From Eledone cirrhosa (taxonomy: Eukaryota), in the NCBI GenBank assembly GCA_964016885.1, contig OZ024742.1:358608001-358672000 (forward strand): 64,000 nt of DNA, in the 5' to 3' direction. How positions within the stretch are numbered: position 1 is the first letter of the stretch; the number at the start of each line of letters is the position of its first letter. The position numbers and the translations under genes were made by a program. This document shows, one piece after another, positions 35,101-50,100 of this stretch. The notes under the pieces were generated by a model, which saw only the letters and a program-made list of their open reading frames with translations, did no database searches and was not told the origin of the DNA.

Positions 35101-38100
35101 ATTGGTGGCAGACTGGTGGTGTTTACATGGTGTTACTTCTGTGGTAAACACCATTGGTAGCAGACTGGTGTTGTTTACGTGCTGTTACTTCAGTGGTAAA
35201 CATCATTGGTAGCAGACTGGTGGTGATTACATGCTGTTACGTCAGTGGTAAACACCATTGGTGGCAGACTGGTGGTGTTTACATGGTGTTACTTCTGTGG
35301 TAAACACCATTGGTAGCAGACTGGTGGTGATTACATGCTGTTACTTCAGTGGTAATCACCATTGGTGGCAGACTGGTGGTGTTTACATGGTGTCACTTCA
35401 GTGGTAAACACCATTGGTGCCAGAATGGTGGTGTGTACATGGTGTTACTTCTGTGATGAACACCATTGGTAGCAGACTGGTGGTGTTTACATGCTGTTAC
35501 TTCAGTGGTAAACATCATTGGTAGCAGACTGGTGGTGATTACATGCTGTTACTTCTGTGGTAAACACCATTGGTAGCAGACTGGTGTTGTTTTCGTGCTG
35601 TTACTTCAGTGGTAAACATCATTGGTGGCAGACTGGTGGTGTTTACATGGTGTTACTTCTGTGGTAAACACCATTGGTAGCAGACTAGTGGTGTTTACAT
35701 GCTGTTACTTCTGTGGTAAACACCATTGGTAGCAGACTGGTGGTTGTTTACATGGTGTTACTTCAGTGGTAAACATCATTGGTGGCAGAATGGTGGTGTG
35801 TACATGGTGTTACTTCTGTGATGAACACCATTGGTAGCAGACTGGTGGTGTTTACATGGTGTTACTTCAGTGGTAAACACCATTGGTAGCAGACTGGTGG
35901 TGTTTACGTGGTGTTACTTCTGTGGTAAACATCATTGGTGGCAGACTGGTGGTGTCTACATGGTGTTACGTCAGTGGTAAACACCATTGGTGGCAGAATG
36001 GTGGTGTTTACATGGTGTTACTTCTGTGATGAACACCATTGGTAGCAGACTGGTGGTTGTTTACATGGTGTTACTTCAGTGGTAAACATCATTGGTGGCA
36101 GAATGGTGGTGTTGACATGGTGTTACTTCTGTGGTAAACAGCATTGGTGGCAGACTGGTGGTGTCTACATGGTGTTACGTCAGTGGTAAACACCATTGGT
36201 GGCAGAATGGTGGTGTTTACATGGTGTTACTTCTGTGATGAACACCATTGGTAGCAGACTGGTGGTTGTTTACATGGTGTTACTTCAGTGGTAAACATCA
36301 TTGGTGGCAGAATGGTGGTGTTGACATGGTGTTACTTCTGTGGTAAACAGCATTGGTGGCAGACAGGTGGTGTCTACATGGTGTTACGTCAGTGGTAAAC
36401 ACCATTGGTGGCAGAATGGTGGTGTTTACATGGTGTTACGTCTGTGATGAACACCTTTGGTAGCTGACTGGTGGTGTTTACATGGTGTTACTTCTGCGGT
36501 GGACACCATTGGTAGCAGACTGGTGGTGTCTACATGTGTTACTTCAGTGGTAAACACCATTGGTAACAGACTGGTGGTGTTTACATGGTGTTACTTCTGT
36601 GGGAAACACCATTGGTAGCAGACTGGTGGTGTTTACATGGTGTTACTTATGTGGGAAACACCATTGGTAGCAGACTGGTGGTGTTTACATGGTGTTACTT
36701 ATGTGGTGAACACCATTGGTAGCAGACTGGGGGTGCTTACATGGTGTTACTTCTGTGGTAACCACCGTTGGTAGCAGACTGGTGGTGATTACATGCTGTT
36801 ACTTCAGTGGTAAACATCATTGGTGGCAGACTGGTGGTGTTTACATGGTGTTACTTCTGTGGTGAACACCATTGGTAGCAGACTGGTGGTGTTTACATGG
36901 TATTACATCTGTGGTGAACACCATTGGTGGCAGACAGGTGGTGTTTACATGCTGTTACTTCAGTGGTGGACACCATTGTTAGCAGACTGGTGGTGTCTAT
37001 ATGTGTTACTTCAGTGGTAAACACCATTGGTAACAGACTGGTGGTGTTTACATGGTACTACATCTGTGGTGAACACCATTGGTAGCAGACTGGTGGTGTT
37101 TACATGGTATTACATCTGTGGTGAACACCATTGGTGGCAGACAGGTGGTGTTTACATGCTGTTACTTCAGTGGTAAACGCCATTGGTTGGAGACTGGTGG
37201 TGTTTACATGGTGTTTCTGCTGTGGTGAACACCATTGTTACTAGACTGGTGGTGTTTACATGGTGTTGCTTCTGTGGGAAACACCATTGGTAGCAGACTG
37301 GTGGTGATTACATGCTGTTACTTCTGTGGTAAACACCATTGGTAGCAGACTGGTGTTGTTTACATGGTGTTACGTCAGTGGTAAACACCATTGGTGGCAG
37401 AATGGTGGTGTGTACATGGTGTTACTTCTGTGATGAACACCATTGGTAGCAGACTGGTGTTGTTTACGTGCTGTTACTTCAGTGGTAAACACCATTGGTA
37501 GCAGACTGGTGGTGTTTACATGGTGTTACTTCTGTGGTGACCACCATTGGTAGCAGACTGGTGGTATTTACATGTTGTTATTTCAGTGGTAAACACCATT
37601 TGTTTAGATTGGTGGGGTTTACATGGTATTACCTGTGTTGTAAACACCATTGGTAGCAGACTGGTGGTGTTTACATGGTGTTATTTCTGTGGTAAACACC
37701 ATTTGTAGCAGACTGGTGGTGTTTACATGGTGTTACTTCTGTGGTGAACACCATTGTTAGCAAACTGGTGGTGTTTACATGGTGTTACTTCTGTGGTAAA
37801 CATCATTGGTAGCAGACTGGTGGTGTTTACATGTGTTAATTCTGTGCTGAACACCATTGGTAGCAGACTGGTGGTTTTTACATGGTGTTACTTCAGTAGT
37901 AAATAACATTGGTAGCAGACTGGTGGTGTTTACATGGTGTTACTTCTGTGGTGAACACCATTGGTATCAGACTCGTGGTGTTTACATGGTGTTACTTCTG
38001 TGGTGAACACTATTGGTAGCAGACTGGTGGTGTTTACATGATGTTACTTCTGTAGTGAACACCATTGGTAGCAGACTGGTGGTGTTTACATGGTGTTACT

Positions 38101-41100
38101 ACTGTAGTGAACAACTTTGGTGGCAGACTGGTGGTGTTTACATGTGTTAATTCTGTGCTGAACACCATTGGTAGCAGACTGGTGGTTTTTACATGGTGTT
38201 ACTTCAGTAGTAAATAACATTGGTAGCAGACTGGTGGTGTTTACATGGTGTTACTTCTGTGGTGAACACCATTGGTATCAGATTCGTGGTGTTTACATGG
38301 TGTTACTTCTGTGGTGAACACTATTGGTAGCAGACTGGTGGTGTTTACATGATGTTACTTCTGTAGTGAACACCATTGGTAGCAGACTGGTGGTGTTTAC
38401 ATGGTGTTACTACTGTAGTGAACAACATTGGTGGCAGACTGATTGTGTTTACGTGGTGTTACTTCAGTGGTAAACATCATTGGTAGCAGAATGGTGGTGT
38501 TTACATGGTGGTACTTCTATGGTAAATACCATTGCTAGCAGACTGGTGGTGTTTACATGTGTTACTTCTGTGGTGAACACCATTGTTAGCAAACTGGTGG
38601 TGTTTACATGGTGTTACTTCTGTGGTAAACATCATTGGTAGCAGACTGGTGGTGTTTACATGTTATTACATCTGTGGTGAACACCATTGGTAGCAGACTG
38701 GTGGTGTTTACATGGTGTTTCTTCTGTGGTGAACACCATTGGTAGCAGACATGTGGTGTTTACATGGTGTTACTTCTGAGATTAACACCATTGGTAGCAG
38801 ACTGGTGGTGTTTACATGGTGTTACTTCTGTGGTGGACACCATTGGTAGCAGACTGGTGGTGTATACATGGTGTTTCTTCTGCGGTGGACACCATTGGTA
38901 GCAGACTGGTGGTGTTTACATGGTGTTCCTTCTGTGGTGAAAACCATTGGTAGCAGACTGGTGGTGTTTACATGGTGTTACTTCTGTGGTAAACACCATT
39001 GGTAGCAGACTGGTGGTGATTACATGGTGTTACTTCTGTGGTAAACACCATTGGTAGCAGACTGGTGGTGTTTACATGGTGTTACTTCTGTGGTAAACAC
39101 CATTGGTAGCAGACTAGTGGTGATTACATCGTGTTACTTCAGTGGTAAACACAATTGGTAGCAGACTGGTGTTGTTTACATGGTGTTACTTCAGTGTTAA
39201 ACATCATTGGTGGCAGACTGGTGGTGTTTACATGGTGTTACTTCAGTGGTAAACACCATTGGTGGTAGAATGGTGGTGTGTACATGGTGTTACTTCTGTG
39301 ATGAACACCATTGGTAGCGGACTCGTGCTGTTTACATGGTGTTACTTCTGTGGTGAACACCATTGGTAGCAGACTGGTGGTGTTTACATGGTGTTACTTC
39401 AGTGGTGAACACCATTGGTAGCAGACTGGTGGTGTTTACATGGTGTTACTTCAGTTGTAAACAACATTTGAGGCAGATTGGTGGTGTTTACATGGTATTA
39501 CCTGTTTGTAAACGCCATTGGTAGCAGACTGGTGGTGTTTACATGGTGTTACTTCTGTGGTGAACACCATTGGTGGCAGACTGCTGGTGTTTACGTGGTG
39601 TTATTTCAGTGGCAAACACCATTGGTAGCAGATTGGTGGTGTTTACGTGGTGTTACTTCAGTGGTAAACACCATTTGTGGCAGATTGGTGGTGTTTACAT
39701 GGCATTACCTGTGTTGTAAACAAAATTGGAGGCAGACTGGTGGTGTTTACATGGTGTTATTTCTGTGCTAAACACCATTGGTAGCAGACTGGTGGTGTTT
39801 ACATTTTGTTACTTCTGTGGTGACCACCATTGGTAGCAGACTGGTGGTTTTTACATGGTGTTATTTCAGTGGTAAACACCATTTGTGGCAGATTGGTGGT
39901 GTTTACATGGCATTACCTGTGTTGTAAACAAAATTGGAGGCAGACTGGTGGTGTTTACATGGTGTTATTTCTGTGCTAAACACCATTGGTAGCAGACTGG
40001 TGGTGTTTACATGTTGTTACTTCTGTGGTGAACACCATTGGTAGCAGACTGGTGGTGTTAACGTGGTGTTACTACAGTGGTAAACACCATTGGTAGCAGA
40101 CTGGTGGTGTTTACATGGTGTTACTTCTGTGGTAAACACCATTGGTAGCAGACTGGTGGTGTTTATATGGTGTAACTTCTGTGGTGAACACCATTGGTAG
40201 CAGACTGGTGGTGTTTTCATGGTGTTACTTCTGTGGTAAACACCATTGTTAGCAGACTGGTGGTGTTTATATGCTGTTACTTCTGTGGTAAACGCCATTG
40301 GTAGCAGACTGGTGTTCTTTACATGGTGTTACTTCAGTGGTAAACATCATTGGTGGCAGACTGGTTGTTTTTATATGGTGTTACTTCTGTGGTAAACACC
40401 AGTGGTGGCAGAATGGTGGTGTGTACATGGTGTTACTTCTGTGATGAACACCATTGGTAGCAGACTGGTGGTGTTTACATGATGTTACTTCAGTGGTAAA
40501 CACCATTGGTGGCAGAATGGTGGTGTGTACATGGTGTTACTTCTGTGATGAACACCTTTGGTAGCAGACTGGTGGTGTTTACATGGTGTTACTTCAGTGG
40601 TAAACACAATTTGTGGCAGATTGGTGTTGTTTACATGGTATTACCTGTGTTGTAAACACCATTGCTAGCAGACTGGTGGTGTTTACATGGTGTTACTACT
40701 GTAGTGAACAACATTGGTGGCAGACTGATTGTGTTTACATGGTGTTACGTCAGTGGTAAACATCATTGGTAGCAGACTGGTGGTGTTTACATGGTGGTAC
40801 TTCTATGGTAAATAGCATTGCTAGCAGACTGGTGGTGTTTACATGTGTTTCTTCTGTGGTGAACACCATTGGTAGCAGACATGTGGTGTTTACATGGTGT
40901 TACTTCTGAGATGAACACCAGTGGTAGCAGACTGGTGGTGTTTACATGGTGTTACTTCTGTGGTGGACACCATTGGTAGCAGACTGGTGGTGTTGACATG
41001 GTGTTACTTCTGTGGTGGACACCATTGGTAGCAGACTGGTGGTGTTTACATGGTGTTACTTCTGTCGTAAACACCATTGGTAGCAGACTGGTGGTGTTTA

Positions 41101-44100
41101 CATGGTGTTCCTTCTGTGGTGGACACCATTGGTAGCAGACTGGTGGTGATTACATGCTGTTACTTCTGTGGTAGACACCATTGGTAGCAGACTGGTGGTG
41201 TTTATATGGTGTTACTTCAGTGGTAAACATCATTAGTAGCAGACTGGTGGTGTTTACATGGTGTTACGTCTGTGGTAAACACCATTGGTAGCAGACTAGT
41301 GGTGTTTACAGGGTGTTACTTCAGTGGTAAACACCATTGGTAGCAGACTGGTGTTGTTTACATGGTGTTACTTCAGTGCTAAACATCATTGGTGGCAGAC
41401 TGGTGGTGTTTACATGGTGTTACTACTGTAGTGAACAACATTGGTGGCAGACTGATTGTGTTTACGTGGTGTTACTTCAGTGGTAAACATCATTGGTAGC
41501 AGACTGGTGGTGTTTACGTGGTGGTACTTCTATGGTAAATACCATTGCTAGCAGACTGGTGGTGTTTACATGTGTTACTTCTGTGGTGAACACAATTTGT
41601 AGCAGACTGGTGGTGTTTACATGGTGTTACTTCTGTGGGGAACACCATTGTTTGCAAACTGGTGGTGTTTACATGGTGTTACTTCTGTGGTGAACACTAT
41701 TGGTAGCAAACTGGTGGTGTATACATGGTGTTACTTCAGTGGCAAATATCATTGGTAGCAGACTGGTGGTGTTTACATGGTATTACATCTGTGGTGAACA
41801 CCATTGGTAGCAGACTGGTGGTGTTTACATGGTATTACCTGTTTGTAAACACCATTGGTAGCAGACTGGTGGTGTTTACATGCTGTTACTTCTGTGGTGA
41901 ACACCATTGGTGGCAGACTGGTGGTGTTTACGTGGTGTTACTTCAGTGGCAAACACCATTGGTAGCAGATTGGTGGTGTTTACGTGGTGTTACTTCAGTG
42001 GTAAACACCATTGGTAGCAGACTGGTGGTGTTTACATGATGTTACTTCTGTGGTGACCACCATTGGTAGCAGACTGGTGGTGTTTACATGGTGTTACTTC
42101 AGTAGTGAACACCATTGGTAGCAGACAGGTGGTGTTTACATCGTGCTACTTGTGTGGTGAACACCATTGGTAGCAGACTGGTGGTGTTTACATGGTGTTA
42201 CTTCTGTAGTAAACACCATTGGTAGCAGACTGCTGGTGTTTAAATGGTATTAACTGTGAATAAACACCATTGGTGGCAGACTGGTGTTGTTTATATGGTG
42301 TTACTTCAGTGGTGAACACCATTGGTAGCAGACTGGTGGTGTTTACATCATGCTTCTTGTGTGGTGAACACCATTGGTAGCAGACTGGTGGTGTTTACAT
42401 GGTGTTACTTCTGTGGTGAACACCATTGGTAGCAGACAGGTGGTGTTTACATCATGCTACTTGTGTGGTGAACACCATTGGTAGCAGACTGGTGGTGTTT
42501 ACATGGTGTTACTTCTGTGGTAAACACCATTGGTAGCAGACTGGTGTTTTTTACATGGTGTTACTTCAGTGGTAAACATCATTGGTGGCAGACTGGTGGT
42601 TTTTACATGATGTTACTTCAGTGGTAAACACCATTGGTGGCAGAATGGTGGTGTGTACATGGTGTTACTTCTGTGATGAACACCTTTGGTAGCAGACTGG
42701 TGGTGTTTACATGGTGTTACTTCTGTGGTGAACACCATTGGTAGCAGACTGATGGTGTTTACATGGTGTTACTTCTGTGGTGAACACCATTGGTAGCAGA
42801 CTGGTGGTGTTTACATGGTGTTACTTCAGTGGTAAACACCATTGGTAGCAGACTGGTGTTGTTTACATGGTGTTACTTCAGTGGTAAACATCATTAGTAG
42901 AAGACTGGTGGTGTTTACATGGTGTTACTTCAGTGGTAAACACCATTGGTAGCAGACTGGTGTTGTTTACATGGTGCTACTTCAGTGGTAAACATCATTG
43001 GTGGCAGACTGGTGGTGTTTACATGGTGTTACTTCTGTGGTGAACACCATTGGTAGCAGACTGGTGGTGTTTACATGGTGTTACTTCAGTGGTAAACAAC
43101 ATTTGTGGCAGATTGGTGGTGTTTACATGGTATTACCTGTTTGTAAACACCATTGGTAGCAGACTGGTGGTGTTTACATGGTGTTACTTCTGTGGTGAAC
43201 ACCATTGGTGGCAGACTGGTGGTGTTTACGTGGTGTTACTTCAGTGGCATACAATATTGGTAGCAGATTGGTGGTGTTTACGTGTTGTTACTCCAGTGGT
43301 AAACACCATTGGTAGCACACTGGTGGTGTTTACATGATGTTAATTCTGTGGTGACCACCATTGGTAGCAGACTGGTGGTATTTACATGGTGTTATTTCAG
43401 TGTTAAACACCATTTATGGCTGATTGGTGGTGTTTACATGGTATTACCTGTGTTGTAAACAAAATTGGAGGCAGACTGGTGGTGTTTACATGGTGTTATT
43501 TCTGTGCTAAACACCATTAGTAGCAGACAGGTGGTGTTTACATGGTGTTACTTCTGTGGTGAACACCATTGGTAGCAGACTGGTGGTGTTTACATGGTAT
43601 TACATATGTGGTGAACACCATTGGTAGCAGACAGGTGGTGTTTACATGGTGTTACTTCTGTGGTGAACACCATTGGTGGCAGACTGGTGGTGTTTACATG
43701 GTGTTACTTCTGTGGTGAACACCATTGGTGGCAGACTGGTGGTGTTTACATGGTGTTACTTCTGTGGTGAACACCATTGGTAGCAGACTGGTGGTGTTTA
43801 CATGGTGTTACTTCAGTAGTAAATACCTTTGTTAGCAGACTGGTGGTGTTTACATGGTGTTACTTCTGTGGTGAACACCATTGGTAGCAGACAGGTGGTG
43901 TTTACATCGTGCTACTTGTGTGGTGAACACCATTGGTAGCAGACTGGTGGTGTTTACATGGTGTTACTTCTGTGGTAAACACCATTGGTAGCAGACTGGT
44001 GGTGTTTACATGGTGTTACTTCTGTGGTGAACACCATTGGTGGCAGACTGGTGGTGTTTAAGTGGTTTTTCTTCATTGGTAAACACCACTTGTAGCAGAC

Positions 44101-47100
44101 TGGTGATGTTGACATGGTGTTACTTCTGTGGTGAACACCTTTGGTAGCAGACTGGTGGTGTTTACATGGTGTTACTTCTGTGGTGAACACCATTGGTAGC
44201 AGACTGATGGTGTTTACATGGTGTTACTTCTGTGGTGAACACCATTGGTAGCAGACTGATGGTGTTTACATGGTGTTACTTCTGTGGTGAACACCATTAG
44301 TAGCAGACTGGTGGTGTTTACATGGTGTTACTTCTGTGTTAAACACCATTGGTAGCAGACTGCTGGTGTTTACATGGTGTTACTTCGGTGGTAAACACCA
44401 TTGGTAGCAGACTGCTGGTGTTTACATGGTATTAACTGTGAATAAACACCATTGGTAGCAGACTGGTGGTGTTTACATGGTGTTACTTCTGTGGTGAACA
44501 CCATTGGTAGCAGACTGGTGGTTTTTACATGGTGTTACTTCTGTGGTAAACACCAGTGGTGGCAGAATGGTGGTGTGTACATGGTGTTACTTCTGTGATG
44601 AACACCTTTGGTAGCAGACTGGTGGTGTTTACATGGTGTTACTTCTGTGGTGAACACCATTGGTAGCAGACTGATGGTGTTTACATGGTGTTACTTCTGT
44701 GGTGAACACCATTGGTAGCAGACTGATGGTGTTTACATGGTATTACCTGTGTTGTAAACACCATTGGTAGCAGACTGGTGGTGTTTATATGGTGTTACTT
44801 CTGTGGTAAACACCATTGGTAGCAGACTGGTGGTGATTACATGCTGTTACTTCTGTGGTAAACACCATTGGTAGCAGACTGGTGTTGTTTACATGGTGCT
44901 ACTTCAGTGGTAAACATCATTGGTGGCAGACTGGTGGTGTTTACATGCTGTTACTTCTGTGGTGAACACCATTGGTAGCAGACTGGTGGTGTTTACATGG
45001 TGTTACTTCAGTGGTAAACAACATTTGTGGCAGATTGGTGGTGTTTACATGGTATTACCTGTTTGTAAACACTATTGGTAGCAGACTGGTGGTGTTTACA
45101 TGGTGTTACTTCTGTGGTGAACACCATTGGTGGCAGACTGGTGGTTTTTACGTGGTGTTACTTCAGTGGCAAACACCATTGGTAGCAGATTGGTGGTGTT
45201 TACGTGGTGTTACTTCAGTGGTAAACACCATTGGTAGCAGACTGGTGGTGTTTACATGATGTTACTTCTGTGGTGACCACCATTGGTAGCTACTGGTGGT
45301 GTTTAAATGTGTTACTTCTGTGGTGAACACCATTGGTAGCAGACTGGTGGTGTTTACATGGTGTTACTTCAGTAGTAAATACCTTTGTTAGCAGACTGGT
45401 GGTGTTTACATGGTGTTACTTCAGTGGTAAACACCATTGGTAGCAGACTGGTGTTGTTTACATGGTGCTACTTCAGTGGTAAACATCATTGGTGGCAGAC
45501 TGGTGGTGTTTACATGGTGTTACTTCTGTGGTGAACACCATTGGTAGCAGACTGGTGGTGTTTACATGGTGTTACTTCAGTGGTAAACAACATTTGTGGC
45601 AGATTGGTGGTGTTTACATGGTATTACCTGTTTGTAAACACCATTGGTAGCAGACTGGTGGTGTTTACATGGTGTTACTTCTGTGGTGAACACCATTGGT
45701 GGCAGACTGGTGGTGTTTACGTGGTGTTACTTCAGTGGCATACAATATTGGTAGCAGATTGGTGGTGTTTACGTGTTGTTACTCCAGTGGTAAACACCAT
45801 TGGTAGCACACTGGTGGTGTTTACATGATGTTAATTCTGTGGTGACCACCATTGGTAGCAGACTGGTGGTATTTACATGGTGTTATTTCAGTGTTAAACA
45901 CCATTTATGGCTGATTGGTGGTGTTTACATGGTATTACCTGTGTTGTAAACAAAATTGGAGGCAGACTGGTGGTGTTTACATGGTGTTATTTCTGTGCTA
46001 AACACCATTAGTAGCAGACAGGTGGTGTTTACATGGTGTTACTTCTGTGGTGAACACCATTGGTAGCAGACTGGTGGTGTTTACATGGTATTACATATGT
46101 GGTGAACACCATTGGTAGCAGACAGGTGGTGTTTACATGGTGTTACTTCTGTGGTGAACACCATTGGTGGCAGACTGGTGGTGTTTACATGGTGTTACTT
46201 CTGTGGTGAACACCATTGGTGGCAGACTGGTGGTGTTTACATGGTGTTACTTCTGTGGTGAACACCATTGGTAGCAGACTGGTGGTGTTTACATGGTGTT
46301 ACTTCAGTAGTAAATACCTTTGTTAGCAGACTGGTGGTGTTTACATGGTGTTACTTCTGTGGTGAACACCATTGGTAGCAGACAGGTGGTGTTTACATCG
46401 TGCTACTTGTGTGGTGAACACCATTGGTAGCAGACTGGTGGTGTTTACATGGTGTTACTTCTGTGGTAAACACCATTGGTAGCAGACTGGTGGTGTTTAC
46501 ATGGTGTTACTTCTGTGGTGAACACCATTGGTGGCAGACTGGTGGTGTTTAAGTGGTTTTTCTTCATTGGTAAACACCACTTGTAGCAGACTGGTGATGT
46601 TGACATGGTGTTACTTCTGTGGTGAACACCTTTGGTAGCAGACTGGTGGTGTTTACATGGTGTTACTTCTGTGGTGAACACCATTGGTAGCAGACTGATG
46701 GTGTTTACATGGTGTTACTTCTGTGGTGAACACCATTGGTAGCAGACTGATGGTGTTTACATGGTGTTACTTCTGTGGTGAACACCATTAGTAGCAGACT
46801 GGTGGTGTTTACATGGTGTTACTTCTGTGTTAAACACCATTGGTAGCAGACTGCTGGTGTTTACATGGTGTTACTTCGGTGGTAAACACCATTGGTAGCA
46901 GACTGCTGGTGTTTACATGGTATTAACTGTGAATAAACACCATTGGTAGCAGACTGGTGGTGTTTACATGGTGTTACTTCTGTGGTGAACACCATTGGTA
47001 GCAGACTGGTGGTTTTTACATGGTGTTACTTCTGTGGTAAACACCAGTGGTGGCAGAATGGTGGTGTGTACATGGTGTTACTTCTGTGATGAACACCTTT

Positions 47101-50100
47101 GGTAGCAGACTGGTGGTGTTTACATGGTGTTACTTCTGTGGTGAACACCATTGGTAGCAGACTGATGGTGTTTACATGGTGTTACTTCTGTGGTGAACAC
47201 CATTGGTAGCAGACTGATGGTGTTTACATGGTATTACCTGTGTTGTAAACACCATTGGTAGCAGACTGGTGGTGTTTATATGGTGTTACTTCTGTGGTAA
47301 ACACCATTGGTAGCAGACTGGTGGTGATTACATGCTGTTACTTCTGTGGTAAACACCATTGGTAGCAGACTGGTGTTGTTTACATGGTGCTACTTCAGTG
47401 GTAAACATCATTGGTGGCAGACTGGTGGTGTTTACATGCTGTTACTTCTGTGGTGAACACCATTGGTAGCAGACTGGTGGTGTTTACATGGTGTTACTTC
47501 AGTGGTAAACAACATTTGTGGCAGATTGGTGGTGTTTACATGGTATTACCTGTTTGTAAACACTATTGGTAGCAGACTGGTGGTGTTTACATGGTGTTAC
47601 TTCTGTGGTGAACACCATTGGTGGCAGACTGGTGGTTTTTACGTGGTGTTACTTCAGTGGCAAACACCATTGGTAGCAGATTGGTGGTGTTTACGTGGTG
47701 TTACTTCAGTGGTAAACACCATTGGTAGCAGACTGGTGGTGTTTACATGATGTTACTTCTGTGGTGACCACCATTGGTAGCTACTGGTGGTGTTTAAATG
47801 TGTTACTTCTGTGGTGAACACCATTGGTAGCAGACTGGTGGTGTTTACATGGTGTTACTTCAGTAGTAAATACCTTTGTTAGCAGACTGGTGGTGTTTAC
47901 ATGGTGTTACTTCTGTGGTGAACACCATTGGTAGCAGACAGGTGGTGTTTATATCGTGCTACTTGTGTGGTGAACACCATTGGTAGCAGACTGGTGGTGT
48001 TTACATGGTGTTACTTCTGTGGTAAACACCATTGGTAGCAGACTGGTGGTGTTTACATGGTGTTACTTCTGTGGTGAACACCATTGGTGGCAGACTGGTG
48101 GTGTTTAAGTGGTTTTTCTTCATTGGTAAACACCACTTGTAGCAGACTGGTGGTGTTGACATGGTGTTACTTCTGTGGTGAACACCATTAGTAGCAGACT
48201 GGTGGTGTTTACATGGTGTTACTTCTTTGTTAAACACCATTGGTAGCAAACTGCTGGTGTTTACATGGTGTTACTTCTGTGGTAAACACCATTGGTAGCA
48301 GACTGCTGGTGATTACATGGTATTAACTGTGAATAAACACCATTGGTAGCAGACTGGTGTTGTTTACATGGTGTTACTTCAGTGGTAAACATCATTGGTG
48401 GCAGACTGGTGGTGTTTACATGGTGTTACTTCTGTGGTGAACACCATTGGTAGCAGACTGGTGGTGTTTACATGGTGTTACTTCAGTGGTAAACAACATT
48501 TGTGGCAGATTGGTGGTGTTTACATGGTATTACCTGTTTGTAAACACCATTGGTAGCAGACTGGTGGTGTTTACATGGTGTTACTTCTGTGGTGAACACC
48601 ATTGGTGGCAGACTGGTGGTGTTTACGTGGTGTTACTTCAGTGGCAAACACCATTGGTAGCAGATTGGTGGTGTTTACGTGGTGTTACTTCAGTGGTAAA
48701 CACCATTGGTAGCAGGCTGGTGGTGTTTACATGATGTTACTTCTGTGGTGACCACCATTGGTAGCAGACTGGTGGTATTTACATGGTGTTATTTCAGTGG
48801 TAAACACCATTTGTGGCAGATTGGTGGTGTTTACATGGTATTACCTGTGTTGTAAACAAAATTGGAGGCAGACTGGTGGTGTTTACATGGTGTTATTTCG
48901 GTGCTAAACATCATTGGTAGCAGACAGGTGGTGTTTACATGGTGTTACTTCTGTGGTGAACACCATTGGTAGCAGACTGGTGGTGTTTACATGGTGTTAC
49001 TTCAGTAGTAAATACCTTTGGTAGCAGACTGGTGGTGTTTACATGGTGTTACTTCTGTGGTGAACACCATTGGTGGCAGACTGGTGGTGTTGAAGTGGTT
49101 TTTCTTCATTGGTAAACACCACTTGTAGCAGACTGGTGGTGTTGACATGGTGTTACTTCTGTGGTGAACACCATTAGTAGCAGAGTGGTGGTGTTTACAT
49201 GGTGTTACTTCTGTGTTAAACACCATTGGTAGCAGACTGCTGGTGTTTACATGGTGTTACTTCTGTGGTAAACACCATTGGTAGCAGACTGCTGGTGTTT
49301 ACATGGTATTAACTGTGAATAAACACCATTGGTAGCAGACTGGTGGTGTTTACATGGTGTTACTTCTGTGGTAAACACCATTGGTAGCAGACTGGTGGTG
49401 TTTACATGGTGTAACCTCTGTGGTGAACACCATTGGTAGCAGACTGGTGGTTTTTACATGGTGTTACTTCTGTGGTAAACACCAGTGGTGGCAGAATGGT
49501 GGTGTGTACATGGTGTTACTTCTGTGATGAACACCTTTGGTAGCAGACTGGTGGTGTTTACATGGTGTTACTTCTGTGGTGAACACCATTGGTAGCAGAC
49601 TGGTGGTGTTTACATGGTGTTACTTCAGTGGTAAACACAATTTGTGGCAGATTGGTGTTGTTTACATGGTATTACCTGTGTTGTAAACACCATTGGTAGC
49701 AGACTGGTGGTGTTTATATGGTGTTACTTCTGTGGTAAACACCATTTGTAGCAGACTGGTGGTGATTACATGCTGTTACTTCTGTGGTAAACACCATTGG
49801 TAGCAGACTGGTGGTGTTTACATGGTGTTACTTCAGTGGTAAACATCATTAGTAGCAGACTGGTGGTGTTTACATGGTGTTACTTCTGTGGTAAACACCA
49901 TTGGTAGCAGACTAATGGTGTTTATATGGTGTTACTTCAGTGGTAAACACCATTGGTAGCAGACTGGTGTTGTTTACATGGTGCTACTTCAGTGGTAAAC
50001 ATCATTGGTGGCAGACTGGTGGTGTTTACATGCTGTTACTTCTGTGGTGAACACCATTGGTAGCAGACTGGTGGTGTTTACATGGTGTTACTTCAGTGGT